A stretch of 64,000 bases of DNA, from IMG/VR virus record IMGVR_UViG_3300044800_000286. One strand, 5' to 3'. Numbering within the stretch: position 1 is the stretch's first letter; every line of letters begins with the position of its first letter. The notes under the pieces are model-generated. The model worked only from the letters and a program-made list of their open reading frames with translations. It was not told the DNA's origin and did no database searches. The position numbers were made by a program, and so were the translations under genes. Origin of the DNA: a virus. Of this stretch, positions 57,027 to 64,000 are shown in pieces.

Positions 57027-57422
57027 AAGGCTCCCTATGAAGAGAGCCCAAAAGTTCAATCAAATCTAGGTGATGGCATACTGATTCCGGACTTCCTATA
57101 AATGCTTTCTCAAGTTCAAGATAACGTCCAACGGGGCCTCAAGCTTTGCCTGTGTCCGCTTGGGCGGATTGTATGGGTCCACCGCCTGTGCCGCCACTCT
57201 TCACCGCCTCGATGTCGATTGTCCTGTTCGGGAAGTACCGCACGCAAAATCCCGGCTTTTCCGGGTGGCGGCCGACCTGAAGCTGGCCCTCGCCGCCCAG
57301 GGCGGCGATCTTCTCGTCGGCGAAAAATAGCTCCCTGCCCTCGGCGATCCTGTACCCGAGGTTATCGATCAGGAAAGCCAAAGCCTGGAGGAGAAGCTGC
57401 TGGTTCTGCACCGTGGTCTGGT

Positions 57423-57812
57423 TCAAGGCTTGATCCCCACGTCGCTCAGGAATTTCCTGTCGTCTTCCGTGAAGGTCGAGCACTCGGCGGCCTTCCTTGC
57501 GTCCAGCCTGCGGAGCGCCTCCGAGTACGAAGCGCACGGGGCCGGACCCTCCTTGTCAAGCCCGTACAGGTCGGCGCACCCGACGCAGTGCTGCCCCGGC
57601 ATATGCTCGTGACCTTCAATCGGGCACCGGGGATGGACCGGCTCGATGGAGTCGGCAACTCGGTCGAACAGCTTCAAAATCCGCCTCTCCTCCAATGAGA
57701 ACACAAGCGGCGGCGACCCGGTGAGCGTGAATGCGAAAAGGCGCTCCCGTTGCGGCTCGGACAGGTCGGACCGGTTGAATGAATTCCACCAAGATTTGCT
57801 GTTTTCATCCAT
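57423..57812 (-). CDS. Hypothetical protein
   Basis: CP..H...HCVGC; ends FTEDDRKFLSDVGIKP. Confidence 0.55.
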   Translation of the reverse strand: MDENSKSWWNSFNRSDLSEPQRERLFAFTLTGSPPLVFSLEERRILKLFDRVADSIEPVHPRCPIEGHEHMPGQHCVGCADLYGLDKEGPAPCASYSEALRRLDARKAAECSTFTEDDRKFLSDVGIKP

Positions 57813-58125
57813 GTCGCCGCCTAAAAAGCGGGGAGGCGGAATGCCTCCCGTCTCCCCCGTGCTCAATACCCTCATCACCGAGCGCAACCCGCGCGACTTC
57901 CGGAAGATTCAGCGACGGAGTCTGTTGCCGATGCCTGTTGAGTGTTGCCGCATGTCTCCTAATACTGGGCCCATGCGTGTTTCGGGCAATTCTCGTACTC
58001 GTGCTCCTTGGACCCGCGGTAATCGCACCGACGAGCCCGCGGGTTGCCCTGTCCTTCCCGAGTCTTCGGGCAATACTTCGTCTCGTGTTCGTGGCTACCG
58101 CAGTACGTGCAGTATGGCCGTTTGC

Positions 58126-58791
58126 TCATACTTCGATGACCCAAGGCTGATTGGTCGGATTATACGCTTCAGTGCAGATGGCGGCGTTGATGAACGTGGT
58201 ATTCACGTACACGGCTTTGCCGTACCCGCCGTGGATATGGCCGAAAACGTGGATTTTCGGCTTCGTGCGCTCGACGGCTTTCATAAGCTCCTCGCAGCCT
58301 ATATGTTCAGAATCTCGTTGCGGCTTGATCCGGTCGAGTATGCCTGTCGGGGGGCCATGGGTGATCAGGATGTCCAGACCCTCGGGGATCAAGTCCCATT
58401 TTTCCTTGATGGGCTTCCCTCGATCAAGGTTGAAAGCCCAGTCGAGGAACCTCGGCTGCCATGGGCTACCATAAATTTTCAACCCCTCAACGGTCGTGGC
58501 GCTGTCTTGAAGGTAGATGACCTCGGGCTTGCGTTCATTGCCGATCAGACCTTGGTTAAGAAGAGTCTGCGCCATCATGCGATTTTTCTCGAACAGCCAG
58601 TCGTGATTCCCGGCGACGAAAATCTTGTGCTTATGGGGGAGGGAACGAAACCACACACCAAATGCAGCAACCTCATTCACGCGCCCGATATTGGTGCCGT
58701 CGCCCGCATGGATCAGGATGTCGCCGTCAGGAATGGGTGCGGACATCCTGTCATGTAGGCCGTGGGTATCGGAAATGCATACGATTCTCAT
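58126..58791 (-). CDS. Metallophosphoesterase (MPPED-like), leaderless start
   Basis: ISDTH, HAGD, GNHD, THGPP, GHIH. Confidence 0.92.
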   Translation of the reverse strand: MRIVCISDTHGLHDRMSAPIPDGDILIHAGDGTNIGRVNEVAAFGVWFRSLPHKHKIFVAGNHDWLFEKNRMMAQTLLNQGLIGNERKPEVIYLQDSATTVEGLKIYGSPWQPRFLDWAFNLDRGKPIKEKWDLIPEGLDILITHGPPTGILDRIKPQRDSEHIGCEELMKAVERTKPKIHVFGHIHGGYGKAVYVNTTFINAAICTEAYNPTNQPWVIEV

Positions 58792-59009
58792 GTTATTTGA
58801 TACTGCAATCCTTATAATGTGGACGAGATTCTTTGTTTCTACGGATGCGGAAGGCCCGCCAAGTTCGGCAACCTCAGAGGCGCGAATGGCGGGGACCCGC
58901 CTCGTTGCGCCGCTAAACGGTCGGAGTGTCCTGCGATAGCACAGGCGGCGATCAGGGCGGCGAAAAGGGCCGGGCGGCTGGGACGCGGGTGGCGCAGCAG
59001 GCTCTAAAT

Positions 59010-59084
59010 TGGCAGCCTCGATGGGTATCGATCCCACTTTCCGGCCTTGAAAGGGCCGTGTCCTAGCCAGTAGACGACGAGGCC
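59010..59084 (-). tRNA. tRNA-Glu (TTC), atypical T loop
   Basis: CTTTCAA loop, GCCA end. Confidence 0.85.
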
Positions 59085-59090
59085 AAACTA

Positions 59091-59600
59091 TTACTCGAAC
59101 GTCCGCCCTTTGTAAAGAGCGGCCTCGTCCAAGAAAACCTGTCTAGTTCTTTTGGAGTGTTCTATGCGATGACAGATCGAGCACAACAAAACACACTTAT
59201 CTAACTCGCGCTTGATGTATTCCCAAGCTCGATTGGCGACTCCGCCAATCGTAAAATCCTTTTCACCTTTGCAGTGATGAAACTCCAGACCTGCGGGATG
59301 TTTGTCATACCCGCACTGGATGCATTTTCCACCAAGATACATAATGGCTGCGTTCTTCGCCCGAATACGGCGTATCATCGTGTTACAGGACTGACATCTA
59401 GTCCGATGCCGAATATTTTTTCCTAAACCCCCGCCACAAAGTTTACACTTTGAGGGAATAGGTGCCGCCATTCGTTTTGTTTTCAACCCCAATTTAGCCA
59501 ACCAGTACCGCACATTAGATTGGCAGGTGTTGAATTCATCAGCGATCTGACGCTGTGTCAAACCCCTTTCAATGGCTTGTAATACATCGGCACTGTTCAT
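59091..59600 (-). CDS. HTH + HNH endonuclease
   Basis: LTQRQIADEF; GGKCIQCGY...LEFHH...CVLLCSICH. Confidence 0.85.
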   Translation of the reverse strand: MNSADVLQAIERGLTQRQIADEFNTCQSNVRYWLAKLGLKTKRMAAPIPSKCKLCGGGLGKNIRHRTRCQSCNTMIRRIRAKNAAIMYLGGKCIQCGYDKHPAGLEFHHCKGEKDFTIGGVANRAWEYIKRELDKCVLLCSICHRIEHSKRTRQVFLDEAALYKGRTFE

Positions 59601-59613
59601 TTGTATCTCCTTT

Positions 59614-59637
59614 GATGCTCTACCGTTGAGCTATATC
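59614..59637 (-). pseudogene. 5' tRNA remnant (D arm) just upstream of the HNH RBS
   Basis: GATATAGCTCAACGGTAGAGCATC followed by AAAGGAG...ATG. Confidence 0.55.
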
Positions 59638-59660
59638 TAAGGGATACAAAGTCAAAAAAT

Positions 59661-59736
59661 TGGTCCCAAGAGTGGCGCTCGAATCCACGTACTCCTGCTC
59701 TTCAGACAGGCGCTAATCCATCTCAGCTATCTTGGG
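59661..59736 (-). tRNA. tRNA-Phe (GAA)
   Basis: CTGAAGA loop, CCA. Confidence 0.85.
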
Positions 59737-59746
59737 TTCAAACTCT

Positions 59747-59822
59747 TGGTGCGCCCGGAGTGAATCGAACACTCCACCCCTGCCGTGTCAAGGCAGTGCT
59801 CTAACCGATGAGCTACGGGCGC
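59747..59822 (-). tRNA. tRNA-Val (GAC)
   Basis: TTGACAC loop, CCA. Confidence 0.9.
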
Positions 59823-59826
59823 AAAC

Positions 59827-59863
59827 TGGGGGGCGGCTTATACAGTACCCTTTTTTGCCGCCC
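59827..59863 (-). ncRNA. 37-nt microhelix ending C-CCA
   Basis: GGGCGGC-19 nt-GCCGCCC-C-CCA. Confidence 0.6.
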
Positions 59864-59867
59864 AAAC

Positions 59868-59932
59868 TGGACCGCCCCGTTTGCCTTGCGGCACCTAAGG
59901 TAGCTTCGCGAAAGCCACGATGGCCGAGACGG
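59868..59932 (-). ncRNA. CCA-ending RNA with two internal hairpins
   Basis: CCGTCTCG/CGGGGCGG-T-CCA; GTGGCTT..AAGCTAC; TGCC-GCAA-GGCA. Confidence 0.55.
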
Positions 59933-59939
59933 ATAAACC

Positions 59940-60016
59940 TGGTGGACAGGACACCTTAAGGATTTTACGCATCCCTTTAGCGGGGCGTTTCCCCTCTATG
60001 CGGACGCAACCCGCCC
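59940..60016 (-). ncRNA. 77-nt CCA-ending RNA with Ala identity (G3:U70, A73) and non-tRNA body
   Basis: GGGCGGG/CCTGTCC-A-CCA; no T-loop consensus. Confidence 0.55.
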
Positions 60017-60023
60017 TCAAACC

Positions 60024-60097
60024 TGGTGGAGCCACGGGGATTCGAACCCCGGTTTCATCGCTGCGAACGATGTGTTCTCCCGCTGAACTATGGCCCC
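60024..60097 (-). tRNA. tRNA-Ala (CGC)
   Basis: G3:U70, TTCGCAG loop, CCA. Confidence 0.9.
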
Positions 60098-60103
60098 GAA
60101 ACC

Positions 60104-60310
60104 CTACAATTCGTACTTCACGATCCGACCCTGGGTGCTCGGATCATCCTGGAACTCGATCCAGTGCGCGTAGCAGTAGTGCAGCAGCATCCGGCTTAGC
60201 TCCTCGCTCCTCAGCGGATACTGATAATAGACCATGACGGCGTGGCTCGCCGGAGCGTCGCATCCGTCCGTCTTAGGATCGAACCACTGGCATTTCATGC
60301 CCACCGCCAA
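60104..60310 (-). CDS. Small hypothetical protein
   Basis: C...C...YCYAH. Confidence 0.45.
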   Translation of the reverse strand: MAVGMKCQWFDPKTDGCDAPASHAVMVYYQYPLRSEELSRMLLHYCYAHWIEFQDDPSTQGRIVKYEL

Positions 60311-60386
60311 ACTAATTGAGCGGACTCACCGTTTCCGGCTACGGTCCATGTTCTCTTTCAAGCCCAGTTCGCCTTCCGCTCAAACT

Positions 60387-60462
60387 TGGTGCGCCCCGCT
60401 GGAATTGAACCAGCGGCCTCTCGCGTGTGAAGCGAGCGCTCTGACCGCTGAGCTAGGGGCGC
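60387..60462 (-). tRNA. tRNA-Val (CAC)
   Basis: TTCACAC loop, CCA. Confidence 0.9.
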
Positions 60463-60664
60463 GAATTCAGCAGGCCGAAAAGCTGGTCGGTCGCCGTGTT
60501 CAGCAAAAACAGCGGGGGCGGCTTCAGCGGCTCCGCCCTGTGCCTCGCTTCAAGCTGCGCCTTGTACACGACGAGGTGCTTGTAAATCTCCCGGAGCTTG
60601 TGCTTCGGCACCGCCATCGTTGCCGTCTCTACCTTCGTCTTCTTCATCGTCTCCTCAAAACCCT

Positions 60665-60738
60665 TGGAGCGGGCGATGGGAATCGAACCCACGTCCGTAG
60701 CTTGGGAAGCTACTATACTGCCATTGTACGACGCCCGC
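60665..60738 (-). tRNA. tRNA-Gly (CCC)
   Basis: TTCCCAA loop, TCCA end. Confidence 0.92.
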
Positions 60739-60746
60739 TCAAATCT

Positions 60747-60822
60747 TGGTGGACCTGATGGGATTCGAACCCACGACCTCCTCGATGCCATCGAGGCGCG
60801 CTCCCAACTGCGCCACAGGCCC
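60747..60822 (-). tRNA. tRNA-Ala (GGC)
   Basis: ATGGCAT loop, G3:U70. Confidence 0.92.
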
Positions 60823-60828
60823 AAAACT

Positions 60829-60905
60829 TGGTAGCCCGGACGGGGCTTGAACCCGTAATCTTCACCTTGAGAGGGTGACGAGTTAGCCAGTTACTCTACC
60901 GGGCC
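60829..60905 (-). tRNA. tRNA-Glu (CTC)
   Basis: CTCTCAA loop, CCA. Confidence 0.88.
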
Positions 60906-60917
60906 GAACTCAAAAAC

Positions 60918-60991
60918 TGGAGCGGGGTACGGGACTCGAACCCGTTTCTCCACCTTGGAAGAGTGGTACACAACCCATATGCCAACCCCGC
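60918..60991 (-). tRNA. tRNA-Gly (TCC)
   Basis: CTTCCAA loop, TCCA end. Confidence 0.88.
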
Positions 60992-61000
60992 GCAAAACTT

Positions 61001-61323
61001 TGTGTCAGACCGATAAGCCGGGTTCTGTCTGGGACAATCATTCATCTATGACGTACATCGCTGCACGCCTCAAGCTCCCAACCCGCCGCTTGGTAACGCC
61101 CCGAGCAGGGGCTCACGGCCTATTTGGGATTGCTCCGCATGGAGGTTGCCCGTTTCACCCGCACGGTTTCTGCTTGGCAAGCATAATACCGTGCGACTCG
61201 TCTCTGTTGCCCTATTCGTCATCCGGCCTTTCAACCAAACGCCCAGCCGTTAGCTGGCATGCTGCTCTGTGGAGCCCGGACTTTCCTCCCCCATTGCTGG
61301 CGGCGATTGTCTAGCCTGACACA
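61001..61323 (-). ncRNA. rnpB: RNase P RNA (bacterial type A-like, ~320 nt)
   Basis: GAGGAAAGTCCGGGCTC near the 5' end, ACAGAACCCGGCTTA near the 3' end, GGTGAAACGGGCAACC, P1 TGTGTCAG/CTGACACA. Confidence 0.93.
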
Positions 61324-61328
61324 AACTC

Positions 61329-61403
61329 TGGAGCACCCGGTCGGTGTCGAGCCGACTCGTAACAGTTTTGCAGACTGCCGCGTTCCCGTTTCGCCACGGA
61401 TGC
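61329..61403 (-). tRNA. tRNA-Cys (GCA)
   Basis: CTGCAAA loop, U73. Confidence 0.88.
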
Positions 61404-61409
61404 AAATTT

Positions 61410-61484
61410 TGGCGGTGCCAGCGGGAGTCGAACCCGCGCTTCTACCGTGACAGGGTAGTGTCAGTACCGCTTGACCATGGCACC
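61410..61484 (-). tRNA. tRNA-Asp (GTC)
   Basis: CTGTCAC loop, G73. Confidence 0.9.
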
Positions 61485-61523
61485 GCATTGTCCGAAGCGC
61501 ACATCGTTCTTCAGACACAAACT

Positions 61524-61597
61524 TGGTGGACCTGAGGAGAATCGAACTCCCAATTCAGCCTTGCAAAGGCCGCAGTTTCCCGTTAGCATACAGGCCC
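61524..61597 (-). tRNA. tRNA-Ala (TGC)
   Basis: TTTGCAA loop, G3:U70. Confidence 0.88.
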
Positions 61598-61869
61598 ACA
61601 ATCTGTTCCCACGACAAACCCAAATACTTCATGCACCAATGGACTGCTTTGTGGCAACGAAAACACAATCTCACAAACTCCCCACTTTTCATCTCAATCT
61701 GGTGTTCTTTCTCTCCCATTGATTCAAATCTCTTGTGTTCTTTACCATCTTTTCGATGCGCAACTGATCTCTTTGAATAACTACAAAAGAAACACTCTTT
61801 TCCAAGATTTGTATCAACTATCGCTCGCTTTCGGTCCCTTCGCTTCTTATTCCACTTAGCAGTCGCCAC
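61555..61869 (-). CDS. Small HNH-like protein; stop codon inside tRNA-Ala
   Basis: CFFC...AHRKDG...LCFRCHKAVH. Confidence 0.65.
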   Translation of the reverse strand: MATAKWNKKRRDRKRAIVDTNLGKECFFCSYSKRSVAHRKDGKEHKRFESMGEKEHQIEMKSGEFVRLCFRCHKAVHWCMKYLGLSWEQIVGLYANGKLRPLQG

Positions 61870-61895
61870 AAACCCACCTTGGATCGCCTAAACTT

Positions 61896-61969
61896 TGGAG
61901 CGGACGATGAGAATTGAACTCACGCCTGAACGTTGGCAACGTTCCGTACTACCACTATACTACGCCCGC
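61896..61969 (-). tRNA. tRNA-Gly (GCC)
   Basis: TTGCCAA loop, TCCA end. Confidence 0.9.
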
Positions 61970-61970
61970 T

Positions 61971-62046
61971 TGGTAGCCCCTGTCGGAATCGAACCGACGG
62001 CCCTTCGGGTGTAGACCGAATGCTCTGACCGCTGAGCTAAGAGGCT
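61971..62046 (-). tRNA. tRNA-Val (TAC) with C33
   Basis: TCTACAC loop, CCA. Confidence 0.82.
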
Positions 62047-62060
62047 GCACAAAATATCGA

Positions 62061-62148
62061 TCCCGTCTGCACAGGGTTCCGAATCGAACGGGGAGGGAAT
62101 GACCCCCTTTGCTGGTCGCCTATGCCAGCCTGCCCTGTGCAGACAAGA
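62061..62148 (-). ncRNA. Cloverleaf RNA with a 16-bp closing stem, CAT-centred loop and T loop, no CCA
   Basis: TCTTGTCTGCACAGGG/CCCTGTGCAGACGGGA; GTCATTC loop; CCG-TTCGATT-CGG. Confidence 0.6.
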
Positions 62149-62390
62149 GAACAAAAACAAAAAGGACGACCTTTTCAGATCGTCCTCGGAATCTCTTGGT
62201 TGGTTTCTGCTTATCCTTCCCAACCATCCTCCGAGGACACGGTATCGGCCCCTGCCGCGAAGCCTTCAAAGGCTCCGACCGCGCATACGCCGCCCAAGGT
62301 GTCTGCGGCGGCGACGAATTGGAGACTGCGGTTCATGTCTTCGGTACTCTCTATCTTGATACTGCGTATTCGGAAAACTCCCGGTTATTA

Positions 62391-62541
62391 ACGGAAGCTG
62401 CCCGGTAGGGAGTCAAAACCCTATCCGTGCCCGGATCGCAGCTTGCGCTGCGGCATCGCCCCGAACTATGCGGGGGCATTCTGCCGTATGATCCACTCCT
62501 GCGCAGGGGCGAACCACGTTAAACTACGGGCAGCTTCCCGT
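62391..62541 (-). ncRNA. Extended tRNA-like ncRNA (~150 nt)
   Basis: GGAAGCTGCCCG/CGGGCAGCTTCC stem, TAGTTTAAC after the stem, TAGGG-TTTTGACT-CCCTA T-like arm. Confidence 0.6.
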
Positions 62542-62549
62542 ACTCCCTA

Positions 62550-62579
62550 TCAATACCGCGAAAGCGGGAATCTTGTCAA
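62550..62579 (-). promoter_or_regulatory. Sigma70-type promoter of the third RNA array
   Basis: TTGACA-18 bp-TATTGA. Confidence 0.65.
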
Positions 62580-62920
62580 GAACTATTTTTGGGAATTATC
62601 CCTTTAACTCCACAAACTTCTAGCGTGGGATTTGGGTTACGTCGCAATTTCACTAAAGTGACGCCCTTGTCAGAACAATTTAACGTCGTGTACTTGATCC
62701 ACGAACGCAGGGACTTGTTGTGACGCAAAACTCGACGGATGCAAACGCCAAGGTAGCCTGTGTTCGTATTTATGAATCCGGGGATTATTCCTCGATTACG
62801 ACCGTGGCCGTGAATCAGCGTCAAACGGTCCTTGCCCGTCTCCCATGCCTGCTGCACAATCTTGTTGAGAATTCCATCGGTGATATCTGCCGGGAAGTAT
62901 CCGTGAAGGTCAATTTCCAC
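62576..62920 (-). CDS. Smr-domain protein (cargo; 3' end reads through the TIR)
   Basis: EIDLHG...LIHGHG...GVTLVKL. Confidence 0.8.
   Translation of the reverse strand: MEIDLHGYFPADITDGILNKIVQQAWETGKDRLTLIHGHGRNRGIIPGFINTNTGYLGVCIRRVLRHNKSLRSWIKYTTLNCSDKGVTLVKLRRNPNPTLEVCGVKGIIPKNSS
62591..62613. mobile_element. IS1595-type end
   Basis: GGGAATTATCCCTTTAACTCCAC after CTATTTTT. Confidence 0.8.
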
Positions 62921-63003
62921 TGTTTCCTCCTACTCCTAAAAAACTGCGGGGGGGACCGGAACTCAGTCCCCCGTTCGTGTTACTCGCCTACCGCAAACAG
63001 AGC

Positions 63004-63249
63004 TTAGCAGACTAGTTTTTCTATTTCCGTTTTCACGCGGTAAAATGTGGCTAGGACTTGTTTCGATGTCATTCCCATTGCGCGCAAGCGGTGAAGTTGC
63101 GCCTTGGAATCGTTGACAAATTTGTCTCCCCACTCGCGCCCAAGTGGCACACCTGACGCTAGGGCGAGTTTAACGTGCGCCACGGAATCGTCAACAAATT
63201 TGTCTCCCGCGGCGTCTAATTGTTTTGCAGCGATTTTTGATTTGTTCAT
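63004..63249 (-). CDS. Hypothetical protein
   Basis: AGGA RBS; internal repeat GDKFV(D/N)DS. Confidence 0.55.
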   Translation of the reverse strand: MNKSKIAAKQLDAAGDKFVDDSVAHVKLALASGVPLGREWGDKFVNDSKAQLHRLRAMGMTSKQVLATFYRVKTEIEKLVC

Positions 63250-63392
63250 GTTTTCCTGTTCTCCGGCGATTATCGCCTTTACCAAAACCCCAACTTTGTT
63301 GGGGCTTTTTACGATGGCGCAGAGCAGGATAAAAATTTTTGGTGATGCACCACCGACACAATAATGCTACAAACCACGAACCTCGTCAAGAA

Positions 63393-63914
63393 CTATTTTG
63401 GGGAATTACCCCTTTGACTCCGCAGCTTCTGTTGATAAATGAGGACGGCTTCAAGATTACTAGCTATCGCACGGGCAGCGCCACCCCAGATGAGTCCGAC
63501 AGTGAAATTCGATGTGGGCGCATATGCATCCTGTTTCCCGTCCGCGTTGTGCCTCACGCAGTTCTTCCCTCCCTTGCATTCGACTTCGAGACTTGCGATG
63601 CTGAGTTCTGCAAACTCGATGGACCGCGCCGTGTCGAAATCCAAATCGGCAAGATAGGCGACTGTTTCGTTGTGCACGCCGCGTTTTCCCTGCGGGGCGT
63701 CATAGGTGAGGACCAGCTTGTCACCGACCACGGCAAGCCGATTGTTAATAACTCTGTTCGGGGTGTCAATAAGGTTGGAGTTGATCCTTGCCAACTCCTC
63801 GGTTTGCATCTGGAGATCGAGAGCCGGGAAAGATTGATCGGCTTGTTTCGAGCATCCGCCGACTGCGGTCACAATCGCCGTAAAGACTAAAGCTGCGTAT
63901 AAGTTGGTCTTCAT
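63393..63914 (-). CDS. Lipoprotein (cargo; leaderless; stop codon in the TSD)
   Basis: Signal peptide ending AVGG-C; C-terminus RSQRGNSPK encoded by the TIR. Confidence 0.75.
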   Translation of the reverse strand: MKTNLYAALVFTAIVTAVGGCSKQADQSFPALDLQMQTEELARINSNLIDTPNRVINNRLAVVGDKLVLTYDAPQGKRGVHNETVAYLADLDFDTARSIEFAELSIASLEVECKGGKNCVRHNADGKQDAYAPTSNFTVGLIWGGAARAIASNLEAVLIYQQKLRSQRGNSPK

Positions 63915-64000
63915 GCCCACAGTATACAGCCGAGGAGGGATTTTAGCTAGCTGTATTGTGTTGAAAACAAGCTAGTTACAAGATACTTGTGGAGTTAAAA
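63401..64000. mobile_element. Non-autonomous IS1595-type cargo element (right TIR truncated by the window edge)
   Basis: GGGAATTACCCCTTTGACTCCGC after CTATTTTG; 63912-64000 is an inverted near-copy of 22135-22221. Confidence 0.8.

Noticed and set aside
59940-60016. tmRNA
   Set aside because: G3:U70 is present, but there is no T arm, tag reading frame or pseudoknot region.
61971-62046. Amber (CTA) suppressor tRNA or alternative genetic code
   Set aside because: The 7-nt loop TCTACAC centres on TAC (Val), and long genes translate cleanly in code 11 with TAG used as a stop.

Overview
This window is 64 kb of a large (jumbo-type) dsDNA phage genome, mostly coded on the minus strand. Protein genes include a portal, family A DNA polymerase, an AAA+ ATPase, SbcD, an N-terminal-half SbcC, RecA, RuvC, a DEDDh exonuclease, SSB, HU, a DinG-like helicase, a DNA MTase, two phosphoesterases, a lone response regulator and virion/tail proteins. 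There are five inteins and about 10 free-standing homing-endonuclease-type ORFs. RNA genes comprise 27 tRNA genes in three arrays, an RNase P RNA and a set of non-canonical tRNA-like or CCA-ending RNAs. The most striking unexplained structure is an IS1595-type cargo-transposon system. One autonomous 3.6 kb element (TIRs, 8-bp TSD, Cas4-like nuclease + repeat endonuclease + transposase) and several transposase-less ends are present. Four of these ends sit exactly 11 bp upstream of a sigma70 -35 hexamer, three of them at promoters that drive tRNA/ncRNA arrays. Some ends carry an inward promoter that would express cargo as leaderless mRNA. Other notable items: mini-tRNAs and minihelices ending in CCA, a homing endonuclease fused to a replacement copy of the gene it disrupted, a precise 37-bp insert found twice, and widespread leaderless gene starts. 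All calls come from reading the sequence by eye; no searches were run.
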